Below are positions 18,562 to 28,511 of a stretch of 64,000 nt of DNA, in pieces. Below the pieces are notes generated by a model that worked only from the letters and a program-made list of their open reading frames with translations, was not told the origin of the DNA and did no database searches. The DNA lies in assembly GCA_020536535.1 (NCBI GenBank), contig JAHLWZ010000859.1:6447-70446 (forward strand), read 5' to 3'. The DNA comes from Pelomyxa schiedti. Lineage: Eukaryota; Protista; Evosea. Made by a program: the position numbers and the translations under genes. The stretch's first letter is position 1. The number at the start of each line of letters is the position of its first letter.

Positions 18562-20203
18562 CTATGAGGGCATTTGGATTAGAGTGGCGTACTTCCCGTA
18601 CCCCTCTGGCTTTCTTGCAACCCACAGCAGTAATATGGAACTTAAAATCTAGCGCAGTGTTAGGCCGGGTAATGTGCTTCGCTTATTTTACCTGGGGGAT
18701 CCAGTATGCAAAGACTTGGAACACGTAGGGGTTTATAACTTGCCCGGTAATTGGTCTGTAAAGCAGCATTATACCCTACAAGTGGGTTCACTGGGAGTTA
18801 AATTAATCAAGTAACTAAACCTGCAAAAGGAAGCTGACGAGACAGACAACCATAACTAATAACTGGTGATGTTAGGCTTTTCCTGCTAGGACATTGAGAG
18901 TCATACCAATAAATACAAAGATGTTTGCCGAACTGTCGAAAATGAGAAGATGGTGAAAGGAAACCAGGAATTTACATCTGAAGAAAACGTCCGTCTTTTC
19001 CAGGTAGTACACTTTCCTTAAAACCAGAAATACGGTCACCGTATATCCAATAGCACTGATAATACTATACACAGAAATGGCTACAACAGAAGTATTATAC
19101 AACCAATGGACTGTAGGGGTGTATTAGAGGAGGATAAGAATTCGGCAACATACTGTCTTCCTCACTGCTTTCGTATGTAGGTGGACCACATTTCTCAGGG
19201 TGCGCCATGAAGTAAACTGAACAACAGATAGTGTATAAATAGGGCAGGCATAATATGGTCCAAAATAGTATGTTAGCTAGTATTGAGACCCACAGTCTTC
19301 TGTTCACAATAGAAGAATACATTTGTTCGAGCCTGTGCTACATTTCCCCTCATCAATGGAACAAAATGAAATTAGCACTTTACATGTGAACGAGAATCAG
19401 CAGCAACGATGTAAAGAATAAGCACGAAGCTATTGTGCCAAAGAAAAAATTGAGACCAGTTAGGAAACCTTGCTCTCCCGTTCCATATGGCTCCACTTCA
19501 AAATCCAGAACCATGGAAACTACTGCATAAAGTACAGTACCTTTTGTTTTGGTATTGTTGGGAGGTTTTATTTTAATTGGTAACGTGTGCACTGGGAAGT
19601 TTAAAGTGAAAAGACCTGAAAAAGGGGGAACATACAAAAATAGAATGAAAACAAGAAGGCATGAAACTGTACAAGGCGGGAATACCATGCCCTGCACATA
19701 TTTTTGTTTTTCTTGCCCCAACCGCGACGTTTACAGCACTTGCAGCGGCAGCAGCTCGATTCCGGTTGGTTCCACCTAGGAGCCCAAACACCACCAGCAG
19801 GAGCAGGGGAGCCAAATAATGGGCTCGCATAAGCTGGGCTCGTGGTGTAGTTTGAGGTGTAAGCCTGGCTCGAAGTGTAAAGCACCGTAGAGGTTACAGG
19901 GGCAATTCCAGTTGTCGCCGGGGTTGCAGGAAATAACGAAGACGGTGCGGGTAAAATGCCCGATGAAGCCATTAAGCTGGGAACTGGGCCGGGCGCCAGA
20001 CCCGGAGGCGGTTTGGCGTATAAAAAGTGAACGAGAAAGCGCCATGCCGACACGAAACACAGAGCCGTGTAGAGAACGAGGTTTATCGAGTCGATAATAA
20101 CCTCGGAGTAGTTCCAGTCATCGGACGTAGATGTGCCGTTGCTAACAACAGACGTAGATCCGAGATCCCCCAACGCAACAGAGCCACTCCCACCAACCAG
20201 CAT
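18562..20203 (-). CDS. multi-pass membrane protein, THH1/TOM1/GPR137-like
   Basis: About 7 hydrophobic segments across exons, ending LLVMVVCLVSFLLQ...YVFQVFAYWIPQILSSILLLWV. This resembles the last helices of THH1/TOM1 (DUF1084) proteins; family call by pattern only. Confidence 0.5.
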
Positions 20204-20376
20204 TTTTTTTTTCGTGTTTGTGCGATGTGACGGAAAGCCACAAAAATCAACACCGAGGCTGCTTTTCAAATCCTGACACCAGTCCCCTGCCAAAAAAAAC
20301 CATTGCTGAACTTACTGACGTTCTGTTGACTTTGGGGGCGGTTGCTTTCCCCACAGGTTTGTTTGTTTTAGTTGTC

Positions 20377-22900
20377 CTAGCTGTAAAGTGAGCCGCCAAG
20401 TTCGGCACGGGGGCAGACGTGCAGAATGCTGCGGTTGTGCATAAGTGCGTCGATTAGTTCGGTAAGAGTCGGAGCGCGAAGGAATCCGGGCTTGCGGCTT
20501 GTTTCGCAGGAATACCTTTCCGCGGTGTTGGCAAAGGTCAGGCGCTGAATCCTAAGGAATGATGGTTATTAAGCAGGAACTGACTTGGGAAGAGTGGGAA
20601 GCGGAGGAGGAGGAGAAGAAGTTGCCTGCGGTGGGTAGTTACACCACCACGCCGCCTGGACATGGTGAAGGGCTCTGTCCCGGGATTACTGTTGCTAAGT
20701 CGAATTAGGAATGTTCCGTCGTCTCTGCCTGCAAGCCAGAGGTCAGCTTCTGCTTTTGAGGCATCAGGCATGAACCACCTGGTTAATTCGATCATTCATA
20801 AAATGTTAAAAGGGAATCGCAGGTGTACGGTTGGTCAATGGCGGTTTCCATCTTTTTGGTGTTTAAAGATAAAATAAAGGATAGGATTCATACCTCAGCC
20901 ACAATAAACAAGTTTTCAGGAAGATAAAACGCTCCAAACCATTTTTCTGCCATGTTGAATTTGGCCATTGTTACTGCCCCTTCCTCTATTTTTTTTTTAA
21001 ATTAAAGGTTTGGACGTACAGATGTGTACCACATAGAACGGCACTAAGTTTGGCAAAATTGGGGCCAATTGTAGTCTCTTTTGAAACAGCAGTACAAAAT
21101 TCTTCCCAGGCTACTGACTCTTGCAGCCCGCCACTTTTCTGTAGGAAAGAATAAAAGTTCGTCAACAAAGTTGGCACATACGCCAACTGAGCCAAAGTGC
21201 TTAGACCAAAAAAGTCTGCCTGAAGGGGAGTCTATCTGACTTTCCAGCATGACAATCTCCAATTGAAGTAAAACTTGAGAGATAGATGGTCGCTGCCATT
21301 TTATTAGGACCGTTCTGTAAATGAATAAAGAAACGAACCTTAGCAGGATTGGCATCCCAACAAGAAGTGATGAGTTCGGACTACAAAGGATTAGAAGAGA
21401 GTCACATGTACATGTTAAATCACCATGGAAGGAAGAGTGGGTATGGAGGGTGGAGGACCGTCTCTCCAATACTTGTGAGGTACTGTTGCTGGGATAGGCG
21501 GTCTTAGTCCACCAACGATTACATCTCTATAGAAAGGTTCCAGGTCAGTGTAACTACTGAACGATTCTTCCTCAGTATAAATCTCCCACAAAATATAGCC
21601 GAGAGCATAGCTTGTGAAGAATGAAAAATGTGCTATTTTGCAAAAGAGAGATGTAGTCACATGTCTGAAGCAGTGGTTGCAGGTTGTCCAGCCCAAATCT
21701 CTGGTGCCAGGTAAAGTTCTAGAGTGGATCAGAGGACAAATATTCTCCAGAGTTACTCACTTGTTCCTTTCACGTTTTTCGTTGTACGTTTATCATTATA
21801 AAATTGACTGAACCCAAAATCTGATACCTGCCAAAAAGGTTATAAAATAAGTATCTTTTGTCTTGTTTTGATAAAGAAACCTTGACTCGGAAGGACTCAT
21901 CAAGAAGAAGATTTGCTACAAAGCATCACAAATGGAGAAGGGGAAAATCTAACGGGAAAGGGTACCAGGTTTAAGGTCTCGGTGAACGATATGCAGAATG
22001 TCATGGAGCCAATTGATTCCAACAACCTATAAGTTCTGTTAAATCATTTATGGAGCAATTGTATGTACAGCATCATGAGCAATCTTTAATTTACGCCAGA
22101 AACTGAGGACAGGGTCAACATATTTTTTGAGTTCAGGGGGTACAGCTGCTGGCTTTCGAAGAACAACGTCCACATCACACACCATTTTCTCTAAAACAAT
22201 CATCACATTCCCTTCAGCAGTGCAAGCACCTGTGCACAAAATGTTGGAATGGGGAATGCCAACCTAAAAGAAGGAAATACCCAAGAAAAGAACGACGTTG
22301 GTGTGGAAAATTGTCCTGTACGTTGTTGAAATGAAGCCCATGGAGGAGGCAAAATTCAAACCTCAAAATTGCCACTTCTTCCCTGAAAAGAGCCAGTTCT
22401 TCTGGGCTGGACCACTGTTGCTTTTTCGGAACTTTAACAGCGACGTGAATGCCCTTCAAAACCGCTGAAAGAAGACACCTCGTTGTTAAGGTTTAACTCA
22501 AAAGGGAAAGGCATACCTTTGTACACATCTCCAAAGGCACCCCCACCGAGTTTATCCGTTGCTGGGTTGAACAGAATTTCTGAACGTGGTATTTCCGGTG
22601 GCCCTGCTCTGAGGTCATCGACCTTGAAGAGAAAAGTAGGTTGCTCAGTATTGAAAACGAGCAGCAGTGGAACGACACACAGCCTTGCGCGAAAATAACC
22701 CTTTCTTCAACATGATAGCCCAAGCAAGGATCGGTGCCCTTTGTGTTTCCGGAAAAATAAAAAAATGTCAACCGAAAGCCTCAGATGGAGGGGAAGCAGT
22801 GGAATTGTGCCACTCAATGACATATTGGGCAGAAGCTCTTTGCTCAGGAGAGAAAAACCAAGTTAGGAAGCTAAGGGCAAAGAATAGGGTAGTCGATTCA
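20377..22900 (-). CDS. TKL protein kinase with C-terminal SH2 domain (Dictyostelium SHK-type), copy 1; start uncertain
   Basis: GGGAFGDVYKG, VAVKVP, FREEVAIL, IVHRDLKPANLL and DFG; SH2 WFMPDASKAEADLWLAGRDDGTFLIRLS; stop at 20377. Confidence 0.9.
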
Positions 22901-23051
22901 TAAATTGATCTTTTTCACTGGAAAACTCGGGGTACGGAACCAACAGAAAAAGAAAATCAAATGAGCCAAAACAACAACAAAAAAAACCGTAAACGTTGAG
23001 CGGGTGTAAAAACTCCAAAAGAAAAAATAAATAAAAACCCAAAACAAGCAA

Positions 23052-26000
23052 ATGGCAGACGAGGCCGTGCGATTTGGTAGCCCCTTTGTGTTTGTGGATG
23101 TGAAAAACGAGACAGAGGATATCTTTCAAGACGATGTGGAGGACGGTATTGCTGCATGTGCAGCTGAGCAAGCCAAGCTTTGGGCTGAGGAGGCGAAGGC
23201 GCAAGGGAAAGACCCTGCTTTCTTACGTGAACTCCTATCGTTGACAAATAGCTTAGCTTCCTCTGGTACACTTTGTTCGAACATCTCTATTACTTGTTGC
23301 CATCATTTTTTTGACACTTTTTTTTTTTTGTCACCATTTGAGTGCTGGTAGTAACTATTCGTTGCAGGCAAGCCTAGGTCTGGTGCTATGGGTACAACTA
23401 CGAGAATTCAACCACGTTTCCAAAAGGGAAAGCAGGCTGAATTTGATACCCGAGCCAAACGAGTGAGGTTTCTTCCTTTGTGACTTCACTTTACTGTTTC
23501 GTAGGTTGAAGAAGAGGAGAGGGAGAAGAGAAAGGCTTCCTCGAGTAGAGCGGAAAAGCTGAGAGCATTCGCTCTTGAAGAGGAGGCTAAGGCCTTAGCT
23601 GCAAAACCCTCCACTTCAGCTTCTGTTGTAACTGAAACGAGCACCTCTGCTGCTCCCCCACCCCCACCGCCACCGCCGCCACCTGGTATGGGTGATGAGG
23701 TTCAGGCTCTTGTGATCGAGCTTGGCAGTTGGTATGTCAAGGCTGGATTTGCTGGTACCTCCCATTCATTTGAGGCAGTTCAGTTGCTTAAAAAAAACAA
23801 GGTGATGACGCTCCAAGAGCTGTGGCCCCAGCTATCGTTGGAAGGCCAAGGCACACAGGTGTAATGGCTGGAATGGGAAACAAAGATGCGTAAGTCTCTT
23901 GCCCGTAGCTTTTTTTTATAGTTTACCTTTGATAGTTATGTTGGTGATGAAGCACAATCAAAGAGAGGCAAGATCTTTGTTTATTTCTTCTTGAACTCAT
24001 TTCTATAGGAATTCTAACCCTCAAATATCCTATTGAACATGGCATTGTTACAAATTGGGATGATACAGAGAAAATCCTTCATCATTTTTTTTACAAGTAT
24101 TCCCCAGCTTCTCCATAATTTCTTACTTAAGTCAGTGAATTGCGTGTTGCTCCTGAGGAACATCCTGTGCTCATGACAGAGGAACCTTTTAATCCTAAAG
24201 CTAATCGAGAGAAGATGACTCAACTACTTTTGTGTGTCACTAAGTTTGTGATGTTTACTAATGGATTCAGTGAGACATTTAATTGTCCAGCAGTGTACAT
24301 TACCAGTGCCCCACTTCTTGCCCTTTATGCTGCTGGTCGTACAACGGGTATAGTGCTGTCCCTGGGTGATGGTGTTTCGTATGCTGTTCCAATTTATGAG
24401 GGTGCTGTCATTTCTCACGCTGTACTGAGAACCTACATAGGAGGCCGTGATTTGACAGATTATGTACTGTTTCTGTATCGTTTTCGTCAATCTGACATGA
24501 AATTAGATGATGAAAATTTTAACGGAGCGCGGTTACTCCTTCACAACAACCGCTGAAAGGGAGATAGTAAGAGATATTAAGGAAAAATTGGCGTAAGTTC
24601 CTAAAATTATTGCATGAACTCTTATTTCCAAAGATATGTTGCTCTCGATTTTGAGGCGGAAATGGGAACAGCCGCAGCCTCCAGTTCTCTTGAGAAGTCT
24701 TATGAACTTCCTGATGGACAGGTTATCACGCTTGGTAATGAGCGATTCAGGTGTCCCGAAGCACTCTTCCAGCCATCTTTCATCGGAATGGAAGATACAG
24801 GAGTTCATGAAATGCGTAAATCGAACTCCATTGTATCCAATCTACTCATTCAAAAACCAAACAGTTTTCAACGCAATTTATAAATGTGATCCTGACATTC
24901 GAAGTACACTGTTTGGGAATGTTGTCCTTTGTGGCGGATCTTCAATGTTCCCCGGAATCGCTGACAGACTCCAGGCGGAATTAACAAATCTTGCTCCTAG
25001 CACGATGAAAGTGAAGATTATTGCACCTCCTGAGAGAAAGTACAGTGCGTGGATCGGTGGCTCCATTTTTGCCTCTCTTTCCACATTCCAATCTGCCTGG
25101 ATATCCAAAGAAGACTATGATGAATCTGGCCCTGGTATAGTTCATAGAAAGTGTTGGGAAGGTGGTAGTAGTGAATGTATTACACCAAGTCTCATATCCA
25201 CACTTCCCACTCCCGCATCTACCCCTACCTCTACCACTGGATCTATGTCCATTGTCTCCCATCCAGCTACCACAACGATCCCCTCTGCAGTCGCAAGAGA
25301 GAGTATTTCTACTGCTGCCGCACCTACGCCTACGCCCACTCCCACCCCGGCGCCAAGGGAGAAAACGAACACAATTGCGAAAGTGAAACCTCTCTCTGAC
25401 ACCAACTCAATGATGGTTCGTATTGGCACATTAATTGACGACCACTCAGCGCAACTGGTTGCAGGGAGGCCACTGGTGTGTTCCAACTGTGGTGGTGTTT
25501 TCAATACATACAGCAAAGTTGCTTCTGGCTTCTGGGGGTGCGAGTTCTGTGGCACGGGAAATGTTGTGCCTCCAGGAACCCCCACTTTTACGCAACCCCT
25601 GGTCGAATTCTCTCTCAGTGGAGCTGCCACTGCAGGAAATACTGAGCACATGATCGTTTTTTGTGTTGACGTCAGTGGTTTGTACCCTTTTCTGCTTTTC
25701 TCTCCCCCTAATCCACCTCAGGATCAATGAATACCCAGATCTCGGTTCCGTCAGGAGTCCGGCTCGGTGGTGAAGGACCTTCACGCAATACTGTCACTCG
25801 ACTAGAATGCGTGCAAGCTGCTGTTTCTAGTCAAATACGCGCTCTTGTTAAGCAAGACCCAACAGCTAAAGTGGGCTTGATAGCATTTGGTTCAAATCTC
25901 ACGCTCTTTGGTGACGGTACCTCATCACTTATGGTGGAATCTGGTCTCGATGACTACGATGCTCTTTTGAGACGTGCACAGGAGTTCCGAAGTCATTACA

Positions 26001-28362
26001 GACATAATGTGGATGAAACAGCCCCAGCTTTAGTAGAACACATCTCCCGCCTTCAGGTGGGAAGTGGCACAGCCTTGGGTCCTGCACTGGTTATGGCTGT
26101 AGGCTTGTGTGAAGGGTACCAAGCATCAAGGATTATCCTCTGTACAGATGGCCTTGCAAACGTTGGTGTTGGATCAATGGAAGATACTGGTGTGTACTCT
26201 GTTGCAGAAGAGGTGGAATTGGATCTCGTTTTTATTGTGGATTGTACTGGAAGGTATATCTTACACCGGCCTTTGTGTACACTAACACTGCTAAGCATGG
26301 GGTCTTATATTGCAGAAGCCCAAAAGAATATTAAACTCATCATTGATAAGATTATATCATCCGAAAAAGCAAACGTTCGAGTGGCCTTTGTTTCTTACAG
26401 GGATCACCCGCCGCAGGACACATGTAATTTCTTTCTCCCCCTTCCCCTCTAACCCTTCTACAGCCTACATTACTCACCTGGATGATTTTACCTCCTCTTT
26501 GACTGAAATGAAGCGGGCCGTTGATGGAATGTCTGCAAGTGGTGGTGGTGATACACCCGAAGCTGTAGCAACAGCTTTGCGAGATGCTGCCAAACTTAAG
26601 TACCGACCTAGTGCAACTAAGGTGGCAGTTCTTATTACCGATGCCCCTCCGCACGGATTGGGAGTATCTGGAGATGGTTTCCCCAAGGGGGAACCGAATG
26701 GAGTTGATCCCCTCTCAGCTGTTGACCAGATGGCCGCTCAAGGAATTGCACTCTACTCAGTTGGCTGCCAACCTGCCATTGGCCAGTACTTATACACAAT
26801 TGGGTTTATGCGTGCAATTGCTGCTCGTGCCAATGGCAAGTACGTTCCTCTGGAAGATGCCTCCCTTTTGAGCAATGTTATTATTGGTGGTTGCCGTGAA
26901 GAGCTGAGCCTCTACCGTAACGCCCTCACCATATTGGACTCAATGAAGGCCAATGGTGGTAGTGCAGCCAAGGCGGTCGAGGTTCTTAATGCAAGCGGGA
27001 CCAGAATTACTACTCTGAAGTTTGCTGATCCTGATATGGAGAAATTTTCTTCCGAAGTGGCAACAATCGTATCTGCTGCTGATCTTCCAGCTGCCATGCG
27101 AGAACTCTCTAAACGGAGACGATCTCCCATACCGTCAGCAGTCAAGGCTGGCGTCACTGTTGCAGGTTTCATTCATATCACTCCATTTACCTTGTTCTTA
27201 CTGTGAAAAGAGGGAAGCCCACTTACAGCAGATCATGTTTTGCGGGTGGTGAAAAAGTACGGAAGCAAGTATGATCAACTTGTACAGGCTGTACGCGATA
27301 TAGAGGCAAAGAGGCTGGCTCGACAAGAAAGTTCCACTCAGGATGCAGATGTATTCTACAGACGGGTGGCCATGGCTGCCAGAGCAGCTGGAAGTACAGT
27401 TTCTGTGCTCACAATGGAGGGTGAGGATTGCAAGCTTGAAAATCTTGGCGTGGTTGCCGACGCCACCAACGGGCAGGTTGTCTCTTGCCCTTGTCACCCG
27501 CCCCGCATTCCTTCCTCTAAGAAACAACAACTAGGTGGATGTTGTGGACCCCGTCAAGCTGCAGGAGAAAGCCGAGCAGCTTCTCCGCCGAGAAGCCAAA
27601 GCCATCGAAACCAAGATCGCCGTCCACTTTGGCAAGCACGTCGCGTTCCTCGCCGAGCCGACCGACGTCGTGACGCCGTTCGCGGTCTCCCGCGAGCTGG
27701 GCATCGTCACCAACGACGCCGACATCACCTTCGCCTACGGGCCCACGGAGACCGCCACCACGACGCTGCGCGCGGTGTCGGCGACCTCCGGGGAGCCGCC
27801 GGAGGACATGGTCGACCTGCCGTTCCAGGTCGTGCTCGAGTGGACCGACCCCAAGACGGCGACCAAGAGCATCAGGGCGCTTTCGGCCCGCCGCGACTTC
27901 GCGTGGGACCGCGGCCGCTGCGAGGCGTACATCGACAGCGCCACGGTGGCCGTGCGCGCGATCCACGCGAGCGCGGCCATGGCGCAGCAGGGCAAGTACA
28001 CCGACGCCAGGATCAACCTCGTGTCGACCCTGCGGCTGCTGCAGCGCACGCTGACGCTGGAGCAGCACTCGAGGGACTACATGTCTTTCGTTGTGCAAGC
28101 GGAAAAGCTGGACGGCTTCATGCGTGAGGCCATTGCTGCTGAGCAAGTAAGGCAGACAACAACTGGAGACCGCAGCAAAACAAGGGATGATGACGCCAGC
28201 AAGGTAAACAACTAAACCACACCTAAACTACCAAAACAACACCAACAACAAAAATAACTGCAGCACCACGCCTTTCCTAACGTCCACTATCTCACCATTC
28301 CTTAACAGGCCATGTACCAAATGAAAGCAGTCAGCTTGAAGGCATTCCAGAACCGAACGTAA
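23052..28362 (+). CDS. multidomain fusion: charged helix - Pro10 - actin - Sec23/24-type Zn finger - vWA (with inserted second vWA) - C-terminal beta/helical region
   Basis: About 17 exons join in phase from [15 protein letters not shown] to [16 protein letters not shown]. The actin C-terminus HRKCW continues without a stop into EGGSSE... inside a single exon (ORF 24636-25730). Confidence 0.9.
23688..25157 (+). other. complete actin domain within the fusion gene (8 introns)
   Basis: [30 protein letters not shown]...[29 protein letters not shown]...[12 protein letters not shown]...[20 protein letters not shown]...[32 protein letters not shown]...[17 protein letters not shown]...[14 protein letters not shown]. 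Confidence 0.98.
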
Positions 28363-28511
28363 CCAGACCCCATAGCAGCAGAAAAAAAAACTTGTTGTCA
28401 TTGTCTCACTTAATTCTGTTATTCGTTTTTTCGTTTGCAAACGGTGGCTTCCTGTTTCCATTAAAAACCACAGTCATCAAACCCCCGGCAGCTACAGACA
28501 GGCGTCCATCG

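Noticed and set aside
23688-25157. Actin as a separate conventional gene or a recent retrocopy
   Set aside because: There is no stop after HRKCW, upstream exons are in frame, it has 8 introns, and its substitutions are patterned.
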